Positions 8,990 to 17,615 of a stretch of 20,000 bases of DNA are shown piece after piece. A program made the translations under genes and the position numbers. Numbering within the stretch: the stretch's first letter is position 1; every line of letters starts with the position of its first letter. Below the pieces are notes generated by a model. It made no database searches. It saw only the letters and a program-made list of their open reading frames with translations, and had not been told where the DNA came from. Location of the stretch: the sequence record SRR31156797_3768; one strand, written 5' to 3'.

Positions 8990-9397
8990 ATGAATTTACG
9001 TGAGCTAAGCGGATTGCTGTATCGGATGAAAATCGTGAATCAAGAATTAACGGCGATCTTTGAAAAAGAGACTGGCTTTAGTCTGACCCGTTATCAGTTG
9101 CTGCAGTTTTTGAATGAGCAAGGACGCTGTACCCAAAATCAAGTACAGAATGAATTGAAGATCGATAGTGCAGCGGTCACTCGGCATTTGAAGATTCTCG
9201 AAGAAAAACAATTTGTGACACGGGAACGAAACAAAGACAATAACCGCGAGATTTTTGTTTCTTTGACACCGAAAGCACAAGCCGATTTGGCTAGTTGTGC
9301 TTCAAAGCATGCCAGCTCTGAGGAGTCGTTAGGCATCAATTTGACCGAAGAAGAAGAAGCACAGCTTCTAACATTACTTATGAAATTAGTTCCATGA
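8990..9397 (+). CDS. MarR-family transcriptional regulator (135 aa)
   Basis: SLTRYQLLQFL, IDSAAVTRHLKILEEKQFVTRERNKDNNREIFVSLT. AAAGGAG RBS at 8972-8978. Confidence 0.92.
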   Translation: MNLRELSGLLYRMKIVNQELTAIFEKETGFSLTRYQLLQFLNEQGRCTQNQVQNELKIDSAAVTRHLKILEEKQFVTRERNKDNNREIFVSLTPKAQADLASCASKHASSEESLGINLTEEEEAQLLTLLMKLVP

Positions 9398-9411
9398 AAG
9401 AAGGCAAACCC

Positions 9412-10047
9412 ATGACAGAATACAGCAATAACAATTTTTCAGAGATTACCTTTGGCCGAAAATCGGTCCGTGTCTATGATGAAACCTACAAAATCCCCCA
9501 TGAAGAAATGTTGACCATGATCCAAGAGTCAACGACAGCACCTTCCTCAGTCAATATGCAGCCTTGGCGCTTTGTCGTTGTGGAAAGCGATGAGCAAAAA
9601 GCAAAATTGAAACCGTTGATTCGTTTCAACGTCCGACAAAATGATACATCTTCTGCAATGGTCTTGATTTTTGGCGATATGCTTTGTCATGAACTAGGAG
9701 AAGAAATTTATAACAAAGCAGTAGCAGAAGGCAAAATGCCAGCGGAAGTACGTGACCAACAATTAGCAGCGATCATTCCTCATTACGAAAATCTTACAAA
9801 AGAACAAATGAATGATGTGGTGAAGATCGACGCTAGTTTAGCTGCCATGCAATTTATGTTAGTTGCGCGGGCGCATGGCTATGAAACCAACCCAATCGGC
9901 GGCTTTGAAGCAGATCAATTAGCCGAAGCTTTTGGCTTAGACAAAGAGCGTTATGTTCCTGTCATGATCCTTTCAGTCGGAAAAGCCAAAGAATTAGGCT
10001 ATGAATCCGTTCGGTTAGACGCAGAACAAATTACGACATTTCTATAA
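9412..10047 (+). CDS. Nitroreductase family protein (B. subtilis YdgI-like)
   Basis: GRKSVRVYD, TAPSSVNMQPWRFVVV, DASLAAMQFMLVARAHGYETNPIGGF. An alternative start at 9394 overlaps the MarR stop (ATGA). Confidence 0.92.
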   Translation: MTEYSNNNFSEITFGRKSVRVYDETYKIPHEEMLTMIQESTTAPSSVNMQPWRFVVVESDEQKAKLKPLIRFNVRQNDTSSAMVLIFGDMLCHELGEEIYNKAVAEGKMPAEVRDQQLAAIIPHYENLTKEQMNDVVKIDASLAAMQFMLVARAHGYETNPIGGFEADQLAEAFGLDKERYVPVMILSVGKAKELGYESVRLDAEQITTFL

Positions 10048-10061
10048 GAGGAGGGAAAACG

Positions 10062-10349
10062 ATGGAAATCATCAATGCAACGTTTTACATCAAAGAAGAA
10101 AAGCGGGCAGATTTTTTAGCCGCTGTTACCCCATTAATAGCATCGGCAAGAACTGAGGATGGCTGCCACGGCTATCATCTCTATGAATCATTGAAAGAGG
10201 ACAATCGGTTTGTCATGGTCGAAAAATGGGCGAATCAAGAAGCGATCACCGTCCACAATCAAAACCCGCTGCTGCAACAATTATTCCAGCAAATGCCTGA
10301 CTTCGCAGCCAAACCGAGCGAGATCATTGTCGCTCAACAAGGAGAATAA
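10062..10349 (+). CDS. Putative quinol monooxygenase (ABM family, YgiN-like)
   Basis: ARTEDGCHGYHLYE...FVMVEKWANQEAITVHNQNP. GAGGAGG RBS. Confidence 0.87.
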   Translation: MEIINATFYIKEEKRADFLAAVTPLIASARTEDGCHGYHLYESLKEDNRFVMVEKWANQEAITVHNQNPLLQQLFQQMPDFAAKPSEIIVAQQGE

Positions 10350-10351
10350 AG

Positions 10352-10711
10352 ATGACGATTTTATCGACGATTTTGATTGTACTGGTTGCCTTAGAATTTT
10401 TCTATATTCTCTATTTAGAAACATTTGCCACTACGTCCAAAGCAACAGCGCGGATCTTCAACGTGACGAAAGCAGAACTTGAACGACCGATCGTCGTGAC
10501 CTTGTTCAAAAACCAAGGGGTTTACAATGGGCTGATCGGTTTGGGGTTACTGTATAGTATTACCTTTGCTTCAGCGCCATTGGAAATCAGTCGCTTGTTG
10601 CTGATCTACATTATCTTAGTAGCTGCATATGGCAGTGTGACTAGCGACAAGAAAATTATTTTGACCCAAGGCGGTCTAGCGATCCTTGCCTTGCTGTCCA
10701 CCTTTTTTTAA
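10352..10711 (+). CDS. DUF1304-family membrane protein
   Basis: LVALEFFYILYLETFA and LFKNQGVYNGLIG signatures; four hydrophobic segments; AAGGAG RBS. Confidence 0.85.
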   Translation: MTILSTILIVLVALEFFYILYLETFATTSKATARIFNVTKAELERPIVVTLFKNQGVYNGLIGLGLLYSITFASAPLEISRLLLIYIILVAAYGSVTSDKKIILTQGGLAILALLSTFF

Positions 10712-10724
10712 CCAATAAAAGAAG

Positions 10725-10786
10725 AAGCCCCCTAATCTAAGAAAGCCTTTCTATACAATAGAAGCTTTCTTAAATCGGGGGCTTTT
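10725..10786. terminator. Long hairpin between convergent genes, probably a bidirectional terminator
   Basis: AAGCCCCC..TAAGAAAGC..TTCTA / TAGAA.GCTTTCTTA..GGGGGCTT followed by TT. Confidence 0.75.
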
Positions 10787-10843
10787 AATGTTTGGGCAAA
10801 GAGTACTCAGAACGTGAAAAAAATGATAGGATAAGAGAAGGGA

Positions 10844-11446
10844 CTAACGATTTTCTGGACGTAAACTGGTTGCCGCAAATAAGGCTTTTACTAGAATGGG
10901 TGTTAAGATCGCAGCTGTGATCACCTCAGAGATTCCATTCGTTATAGCAATTCCACCGAGGGTCACGAATAAAGCCGAAGCATCGACACCATAGGTATTG
11001 GCAACTAAGCCAGTATATAAGGTTCCCATTAGGGTTAAGACCAAAACTGTATTTGTGATGGTCCCAAAGATCGCTGCAACAATCGAAGCAGCGACGACTT
11101 TTTTGGTCTTTTTGTAAATGATCGTAAATAAGAGACCAGCCACTAAGCCAACCAACACACGGGGGACCACTGAGATGATTGGGTTGGTGAAAACGGCAAT
11201 GTCCAAGGGCGTTGTCGGGGAGGTAAACGCACGGATCATGGTAAAAATGCCCCAGACTAAGCCAATGAACATCCCGTCTTTTGTCCCTAAAACGATGGCA
11301 GCGACGATTACCGTGATATGGATGATCGTCAAACTAGTGATACCGATCGGAATAAATCCAAGGAAAGGCACCATCGTCTGTAAAATAATAATAGCAGTCA
11401 AAATGGCACGAATGACAAGGCGATAGGTTTTGCTTTTTGTATTCAT
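10844..11446 (-). CDS. panT: ECF transporter S component, pantothenate-specific PanT-like (200 aa)
   Basis: AILTAIIILQTMVPFLGFIPIG..TIIHITVIVAAIVLG, FTNPIISVVPRVLVG, GTITNTVLVL and NGISE match the PanT pattern as I recall it. AAGGAG RBS. Confidence 0.8.
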   Translation of the reverse strand: MNTKSKTYRLVIRAILTAIIILQTMVPFLGFIPIGITSLTIIHITVIVAAIVLGTKDGMFIGLVWGIFTMIRAFTSPTTPLDIAVFTNPIISVVPRVLVGLVAGLLFTIIYKKTKKVVAASIVAAIFGTITNTVLVLTLMGTLYTGLVANTYGVDASALFVTLGGIAITNGISEVITAAILTPILVKALFAATSLRPENR

Positions 11447-11465
11447 TGTAAAAACTCCTTTTTTA

Positions 11466-11529
11466 TAATGACACTCGTGTCATTTTTAAGTTAGGTTGAT
11501 TATACAACAAAATGACACGAGTGTCATTA
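11466..11529. promoter_or_regulatory. Twin palindromic operators with overlapping divergent promoters (panT/TetR)
   Basis: AATGACAC-TC-GTGTCATT (11467-11484) and AATGACAC-GA-GTGTCATT (11511-11528). Minus-strand promoter ATGACA (11527-11522)-N17-TATAAT (11504-11499). Confidence 0.85.
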
Positions 11530-11555
11530 ATAATGTGATGAAAGGAGCCAAAAAA

Positions 11556-12176
11556 ATGGCGAAGAAGCAGCAGAGCGAATTGACTACAGCTGAAAAGAAA
11601 AAACAACAAAAGCGTGATTTGATTCTTGAAAGTGCCAAAGTCGTCTTTAGTAAGAAAGGTTTGATTGATGCGACAATGAAGGACATTATCGAAGAGTGCG
11701 GCATTAGTCGCGGCGGCATTTATTTGTACTTTCGTTCGGTGGATGAGATTTTTTTGGCAGTGTTAGAGCAGCGTTCCAAACGAAAATTTGATGATGTACG
11801 AGAGATGATCATGGAGCAAGTACCCTTTGAAACGATTTTAAACAAATATTTTTCCGACCATCGCAAGCGTCTACTCCACAGCATTTCTGACGGTATGCTG
11901 CGAGCCGTCTATGAGTATTACTATACGCATAAAACCGAAGCCTCCAGTTCACTGCAGCAAGCTCAACTCGCTGAGACGAAACGGACGATCCATGAGATTT
12001 TTCAAGTGGGCGTTCAGCAAGGTGTATTAAAAGATGAAAACTTGGCAGTGATTGCAGAAAACTATATGTTCGTGATTGAAGGATTAGGGATTTTGGCTCT
12101 GACCGGTCACATCACAGAACAGACCATTGATGACCAAATCGCCGTAATGAGACAACTACTCCCTTATCGTGAATAA
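11556..12176 (+). CDS. TetR/AcrR-family transcriptional regulator (206 aa)
   Basis: ILESAKVVFSKKGLIDATMKDIIEECGISRGGIYLYFRSVDEIF. AAAGGAG RBS before ATG 11556. Confidence 0.93.
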   Translation: MAKKQQSELTTAEKKKQQKRDLILESAKVVFSKKGLIDATMKDIIEECGISRGGIYLYFRSVDEIFLAVLEQRSKRKFDDVREMIMEQVPFETILNKYFSDHRKRLLHSISDGMLRAVYEYYYTHKTEASSSLQQAQLAETKRTIHEIFQVGVQQGVLKDENLAVIAENYMFVIEGLGILALTGHITEQTIDDQIAVMRQLLPYRE

Positions 12177-12193
12177 CACAGACAAAAAAACTC

Positions 12194-12229
12194 GCTCTTT
12201 TCTAGAAAACACTAGGAAGGAGCTTTTTT
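12194..12229 (+). terminator. Rho-independent terminator after TetR
   Basis: GCTCTTTTCTAG / CTAGGAAGGAGC stem (with G-U pairs) followed by T6. Confidence 0.72.
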
Positions 12230-12432
12230 CGTCTGTTTATAACTTTGTGAATCAAGCATATTTTGCAGAAAATTAATGTAATAAAAGTGAAATCTACAAC
12301 ATTATTTATTTTTTCTTAAGAAAAAGGACTTTTTCTATGAAGTTTTCTTGAACAGTTGATACATAGGGGTTCAATCGGCGTGTCGGTGGGATAGGAGTGG
12401 GGAACATGTAATAAAAAAACAGAGCTTATTTA

Positions 12433-12489
12433 TGTAACTAAAATGTAAATCGCTTACGGATTGGGTTTGTTGCTGAACTATGGTAAAAT
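12433..12489 (+). promoter_or_regulatory. WalR (YycF/VicR) box and downstream promoter
   Basis: TGTAAC-TAAAA-TGTAAA (12433-12449) is an exact match to TGTWAH-N5-TGTWAH. It is followed by TTGGGT (12461-12466)-N17-TAAAAT (12484-12489) with an extended -10 TG. Confidence 0.75.
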
Positions 12490-12543
12490 GAAAATGGTCA
12501 AATAAATGAAAAAAAAGTTTTAAAATTGAATTTGGAGGATCAG

Positions 12544-14034
12544 ATGAAGAAGAAAATCTTTGCAACAGTGTGTATGTGCGGCATTGTATTGTCATCATTC
12601 GGCGGACCTGTGACCGTTTTTGCTACGAATCACGATCAATTGATCGAACAAAAAAATAACGAAATTGATCAGTTGAGACAGCAACGTCAAAGCGTACAAG
12701 GGGAAATTGACGGATTGTCTGCAGAAATTGATTCGTTAAATCAAGAAGCAGCAATCATTTTAGCGCAGCAAAGTGATTTGTTGCAAGCGATCGAAGGATT
12801 GGATCAGGAAATCAGTCAGTTAGAAGAGCGCATTGCCAAACGCTCAGAAAACATTGAAAAGCAAGCCAGAGAAACACAAGTTAATGGAAAAGGCGACCAT
12901 TTTCTAACAGCGGTACTAGAGGCGGACTCTGTCAGTGATCTAGTGGGTCGTGTACATGCCATGACGACGATCATTCGAGCGAATAATGAAGTGATCGAAC
13001 AGCAAAAAGCCGACCAACAAGCTGTTGAACAAAAGCGTGCGGAATCACAAGAAAAAGTGGCAGAATTGCAAGCAGCACAGAGCCATCTGGAAGCACAAAA
13101 AGGTGTTTTGGAAGCAAGCCAAGCAGAATTAAATGTCTTAGTTAGTAATTTAGCCTACGAAGAAGCAACGAAAGAAGAAGAAAAAGAACAGCTGCGTGCG
13201 GAAAAAGAAGCCTATGAAGCGGAGCAAGCGAGAATTCGTGAAGAAGCTGCCCGAGTAGCTGCTTTACAAGCCCAAGCGGAACAAGCGGCGCAACAGCAGG
13301 CAGAACAAGCTGCAGCGGAAGAAGCAGCCTTGAATGAAGCAGCTGTTCAAATAGAGAGCACAGAACCTGACGTAGAAACAGAGAGCCCAGCGCCAGTGGA
13401 AGAGCCAGAAGCACCAGCAGAAACGCAACCAGAGGAAACGCAAGAATCTGAACCGGTTGAAAGACCAGAGGTTCCAGAGGAAACACCAGTAGATACACCA
13501 GAAATTCATGAGCCAGAAACACCAGTGACACCTGCAGCACCGGAGACCCCAGCGGACAGTGCACCTGCAGTTCCTGCACCAACGCCAGCACCGACGCCAG
13601 TTACACCAACACCGGCGCCAACGCCTGCTCCGTCACCTGCACCGATCGTGACGCCGCCAGCACCTTCTGCACCAGCATCAACAAATGGTGCTGCAATCGT
13701 GGCAGAAGCCTATAAGCATATCGGAAAACCCTATGTGTGGGGTGCCAAAGGACCGGACAGCTTTGACTGTTCTGGGTTTACTCGCTATGTCTTTTTACAA
13801 GTAACAGGGAGAGATATTGGTGGATGGACGGTGCCACAAGAAACAGCCGGTACAGTGATTTCCGTTAGCCAAGCACAACCAGGAGATCTTTTATTCTGGG
13901 GTTCATCAGGTAGCACCTATCATGTAGCCATTGCTTTAGGTGGCGGACAATACATTCATGCACCACGCCCAGGACAAAATGTTTCTGTTGGCAGCACCGC
14001 TCATTTTACACCTAGCTTTGCAGTAAGAATGTAA
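12544..14034 (+). CDS. Secreted SagA/CwlO-like peptidoglycan endopeptidase: PcsB-type coiled coil, Glu/Pro-rich linker, NlpC/P60 (496 aa)
   Basis: Signal peptide (MKKKIF...VFA) and coiled coil. C-terminal GKPYVWGAKGPDSFDCSGF...YHVAI...YIHAP gives a Cys-His-His triad. GGAGGA RBS at 12534-12539. Confidence 0.93.
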   Translation: MKKKIFATVCMCGIVLSSFGGPVTVFATNHDQLIEQKNNEIDQLRQQRQSVQGEIDGLSAEIDSLNQEAAIILAQQSDLLQAIEGLDQEISQLEERIAKRSENIEKQARETQVNGKGDHFLTAVLEADSVSDLVGRVHAMTTIIRANNEVIEQQKADQQAVEQKRAESQEKVAELQAAQSHLEAQKGVLEASQAELNVLVSNLAYEEATKEEEKEQLRAEKEAYEAEQARIREEAARVAALQAQAEQAAQQQAEQAAAEEAALNEAAVQIESTEPDVETESPAPVEEPEAPAETQPEETQESEPVERPEVPEETPVDTPEIHEPETPVTPAAPETPADSAPAVPAPTPAPTPVTPTPAPTPAPSPAPIVTPPAPSAPASTNGAAIVAEAYKHIGKPYVWGAKGPDSFDCSGFTRYVFLQVTGRDIGGWTVPQETAGTVISVSQAQPGDLLFWGSSGSTYHVAIALGGGQYIHAPRPGQNVSVGSTAHFTPSFAVRM

Positions 14035-14067
14035 GAAGTAGCTAGCTGTAGTTTTAAGGAGAGACAA

Positions 14068-15924
14068 ATGGAAGAAAGAAAACAACTTCGTTATCGTGCG
14101 AAGAAACAAAAAAGAGGGCTTCTTTACCGTAAAAGTGCGGCGGCAACCGCTGCACTTGTTAGTACGGTGAATATTTTGCCGATGAATGTTTTAGCAGATA
14201 CACTCGAGTCAGCAGAAGCCCAAAATGGTGTTCAAGTAGTTGAAACAGCAGAGTCAACCCAAGACACATCGACGCATGATTCAGTGAGCATTGTAGAAGA
14301 TCAAGAAGTGAACGAGGGATCACCAGCAACTCAAGATAGTACCGATCCATCAGAAGCTGAAAGTGCGGATGGAGTAGACATCCAAGAGGTACCCGAAAAT
14401 GCACCAGCAGATGATGCTTCTGAACAGAATGAAGCAGAAACCGATAGTGATATTCCTGTTCTGTCAGAAGAAGAGCGGATCGCCATTGAAACGAAGGTCA
14501 TGCCCAACTACAATAATCCAATGGCACGTTCCAACAATCAGCAAGCATTTATTCAGCAAGTAGGACCAATGGCACAAGAAGTTGCCGGGGCAAATGACCT
14601 CTACGCTTCGGTCATGATTGCCCAAGCGATCTTAGAATCAGGTTGGGGGCAATCCACGCTGACCACTCTTGCAAATAATATGTTTGGTATCAAGGGATCT
14701 TACAATGGACAATTTGTAGAGATGCAAACCATGGAAGATGACGGGAATGGCAATCTCTATCCGATTATTGCTAGGTTTCGTAAATACCCCTCATTAAAAG
14801 AATCTTTTCAAGACAATGCGCACGTTTTGAGAACTACCTCATTTTCGCCGGGTGTTTTCTTCTACCATGGGGCATGGAAGTCTAATACAAATTCTTATCG
14901 TGACGCGACTCAATGGCTGCAAGGACGTTATGCCACCGATACTTCTTATGCAAGTAAGCTAAACAACTTGATTGAAACGCACAATTTGACCCAGTACGAT
15001 ACATCAAGTGGTGGCGGTTCAAATGATAACAACAATAACAATTCTGAGCAGGCGATCAATAAGCAATTCAGAACAAATGCAGCACTCAATATCCGTTCGG
15101 ATGCTTCCACTAGCGCCTCGATCGTTGGTTCATTGGCTGCCAATGCAACATTTGAAGCAGTAGCGCAAAAAACTGGTACCAGTGTGAACGGCAATACGAC
15201 GTGGTATCGAATTCAAGGACGTGGCTGGGTAAGTGCTGCTCACGTGACGGAGATCTCATCGAATACGGGTGGGAATGATAACAACAATAATAATGGTAAC
15301 AACAACAATAACAACAATGCCGAACAAAGCATCAACAAAGAGTTCCGCACAACTGCTGCCTTGAACATCCGTTCAGATGCATCGACTAGCGCTTCTGTTG
15401 TTGGCTCCTTGGCAAGTAATGCGACATTTCGAGCAGTCGCTCAAAAGACGGGAACGAGTGTCAACGGAAACAATGTGTGGTATCGAATTCAAGGACGCGG
15501 CTGGGTGAGTGCTACGTACGTGACAGAAGTGAACGCTGGAAGTAATAGCTCTGAGCAAAGCATCAACAAAGAGTTTCGTACAACCGCAACATTGAATATT
15601 CGCTCTGATGCGTCTACCAGTGCCAGAATAGTTGGTTCTTTGTTAAACAACTCCTCTTTTCGCGCGGTTGCGCAAAAGACCGGAACCAGTGTGAATGGCA
15701 ACAACGTCTGGTATCGAATTGAAGGGCGTGGCTGGGTAAGTGCAGCGTATGTTCAAGAAACGAACACTTCCTCATCAAACAGCACCACCTATACCGTACG
15801 TTCGGGAGACACTCTATGGGGCATTTCGCAACGCTACAGTGTGACTGTGAATCAGTTGATGCAGTGGAATAATCTTTCTGGCTCATTGATTCTTGTAGGA
15901 CAGCGTCTTGTAGTCCGTAGATAA
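14068..15924 (+). CDS. AtlA-like autolysin: signal peptide, acidic T/E-rich region, GH73 glucosaminidase, 3x SH3b, 1x LysM (618 aa)
   Basis: DLYASVMIAQAILESGWGQS, NNMFGIKG and YATDTSYASKL (GH73); three ALNIRSDASTSA..WYRIxGRGWVSA repeats; YTVRSGDTLWGISQRY..LMQWNNL (LysM). AAGGAG RBS. Confidence 0.93.
   Translation: MEERKQLRYRAKKQKRGLLYRKSAAATAALVSTVNILPMNVLADTLESAEAQNGVQVVETAESTQDTSTHDSVSIVEDQEVNEGSPATQDSTDPSEAESADGVDIQEVPENAPADDASEQNEAETDSDIPVLSEEERIAIETKVMPNYNNPMARSNNQQAFIQQVGPMAQEVAGANDLYASVMIAQAILESGWGQSTLTTLANNMFGIKGSYNGQFVEMQTMEDDGNGNLYPIIARFRKYPSLKESFQDNAHVLRTTSFSPGVFFYHGAWKSNTNSYRDATQWLQGRYATDTSYASKLNNLIETHNLTQYDTSSGGGSNDNNNNNSEQAINKQFRTNAALNIRSDASTSASIVGSLAANATFEAVAQKTGTSVNGNTTWYRIQGRGWVSAAHVTEISSNTGGNDNNNNNGNNNNNNNAEQSINKEFRTTAALNIRSDASTSASVVGSLASNATFRAVAQKTGTSVNGNNVWYRIQGRGWVSATYVTEVNAGSNSSEQSINKEFRTTATLNIRSDASTSARIVGSLLNNSSFRAVAQKTGTSVNGNNVWYRIEGRGWVSAAYVQETNTSSSNSTTYTVRSGDTLWGISQRYSVTVNQLMQWNNLSGSLILVGQRLVVRR
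15046..15759 (+). repeat. Three 207-bp intragenic SH3b-coding repeats with Asn-rich linkers
   Basis: Units at 15046-15252, 15322-15528 and 15553-15759. Proteins are near-identical, with many synonymous differences. Confidence 0.9.
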
Positions 15925-15930
15925 AATGAA

Positions 15931-15984
15931 AAAACATCTGGAACCATTTTTGCGGCTATTTGCCAAAATGGTTCCAGATGTTTT
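15931..15984. terminator. Bidirectional terminator with a 20-bp perfect stem
   Basis: AAAACATCTGGAACCATTTT (15931-15950) / AAAATGGTTCCAGATGTTTT (15965-15984), between convergent genes. Confidence 0.88.
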
Positions 15985-15986
15985 GT

Positions 15987-16610
15987 TTATTCTTCTTTGA
16001 AGCTGTTCATGATCGCTGTTAGCTCGTCTTTTGAAGAGTCGTATAAGCTTTCTAACGTCCAACCATACAACTGAACATAATTATTGTCGGTTTCAAGTAC
16101 ATAATAAATATAGTGGATATTTAGCCCTTCAACTGTCGCTGGGAAATCAACGAAATAGGCCTTCGTGTCAGGAATTGGTAAAAAGGTGGCGGTCGTATCG
16201 AAGCTTGTTGCCAAATTTTCTTGAACCAATCCGAGATAAGTTTCTAAATCGGCAAAATCTTGTTTCGATTCAACGACTGCAGCTAAGTATTTCGTTTCTA
16301 ACGCATCTGACAACATGAAATCATTGTCAGGATTCAATGAAGTGAAATCGGGTACCTCTTGCCAATTACTAGGCAAATCGATGGTATAGTTTGTTCCACT
16401 CACGCCTGTGATGGTTTGTTCCGAACTCGGTAAAGCCGCTTCGCTGGAAGAGCCCGTCGATTCTTGCGCGACTTCTGTTGACGAAGTCATAGATAAGCTT
16501 GTAGCGCTTGCATTTTCCGTGCTTTCTGAAGCTGGTTTCTCCTCTTTTGGCGTACAGCCAGCAAAAAGAAGTGTGAACCCCAATAAACTAAAAACAACAC
16601 TTTTTCTCAT
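15987..16610 (-). CDS. Lipoprotein of unknown function (possibly PsbP/DcrB-like fold)
   Basis: Lipobox MRKSVVFSLLGFTLLFAG-C, Ser/Thr/Glu linker, globular domain starting YTIDLPSNW. Alternative GTG start at 16619. Confidence 0.8.
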   Translation of the reverse strand: MRKSVVFSLLGFTLLFAGCTPKEEKPASESTENASATSLSMTSSTEVAQESTGSSSEAALPSSEQTITGVSGTNYTIDLPSNWQEVPDFTSLNPDNDFMLSDALETKYLAAVVESKQDFADLETYLGLVQENLATSFDTTATFLPIPDTKAYFVDFPATVEGLNIHYIYYVLETDNNYVQLYGWTLESLYDSSKDELTAIMNSFKEE

Positions 16611-17120
16611 TATTCTCACGTTCCCCTTTGTTTTCTATTTTCAAATAACCAACATTATTTAGTTAATCGTATAATAGGAAAGGAAATAACGCAATAAAAT
16701 ATTCTCAGTTACTGCATGAAAAGAAAAAAATAAAGGATTGTTAAATAATAAATTTAAAAAAATGAAGCCGAAATAACTGACTGTTACCGCTTATTTTCAC
16801 TTTTTTCTTAGATTGATGCAAAAGTTGATTATAAATACGGGGCGACTTTTGCTATGCTTTAGAAAAGAAAGGAAGCATTAAAAGAATAGTGAAGTTAAAA
16901 ATTGTGTCGGTTATATCTATAAAATAATAGTGTGTTTTTTATTTATCTATTTGTTTTGAATAATTGTCAGAATTTTGTTGCGAAATACTATGGCTTCTTT
17001 CGATACAAAAAGTAGGGCGACATCAGCGACAGCCGGATAGAGAAAGATAGCTCAAAGCGGCGAGGAATAGAAGAAACATAAGATCTACGTTTAAAAATAA
17101 TGGAACTAGGGGGAAGGAAA

Positions 17121-17477
17121 TTGTTTTATCAATCAGTAAATGAGTATCTAGTAAAAATGAGAGAAGGATTATCTGCTGAAACCATTAAAGGTGAAATGCC
17201 ATCAGTCTATGCGTACTGGTTAGCACAGGAAGCAGAATTGAAAAAAATATTGAAAAACAAAGACATGGCTTTTTGGATGGATATCCAAAGAGTTCTCTTG
17301 ATCGATGCAAAATTAGTATTACTTCGCAGTTATATCAATGACTACGATTTTCACGGATTTTCCGAAGATGAGATCATTGCAAATGTGGAACAAGATCATT
17401 TTACCTTTAACAAAGAACTGTGTGGCTATAGTTTGAAAGAACAAGTGCACCCATCAATTATTTTTGGTGATCAATAA
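17121..17477 (+). CDS. Enterococcal hypothetical protein (resembles DUF7006 as I recall it; 118 aa)
   Basis: TTG start with AGGGGG RBS at 17108-17113. Motifs FW..I..VL.IDAKL and KELCGY. Family assignment is from memory and unverified. Confidence 0.7.
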   Translation: MFYQSVNEYLVKMREGLSAETIKGEMPSVYAYWLAQEAELKKILKNKDMAFWMDIQRVLLIDAKLVLLRSYINDYDFHGFSEDEIIANVEQDHFTFNKELCGYSLKEQVHPSIIFGDQ

Positions 17478-17615
17478 GCAACGAAAAAAGAACGTTCAAA
17501 CAGGGAATAAGCTACTGCACTGATTCAAAATAAGACTGATTGATTTGTGGTATGATTGTGATGACAAGTACGATTGCACAGATCATTGTGACAGTTTGAA
17601 AAGGAGCGGATAGGT

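Noticed and set aside
12393-12411. AGGAG-N8-ATG-TAA start-stop mini-ORF
   Set aside because: It lies upstream of the best predicted promoter, has no support for transcription, and could arise by chance.
15046-15759. Direct repeats as a CRISPR array or mobile element
   Set aside because: They are in-frame 207-bp domain-coding repeats with synonymous divergence. There is no spacer structure and no cas or transposase gene.
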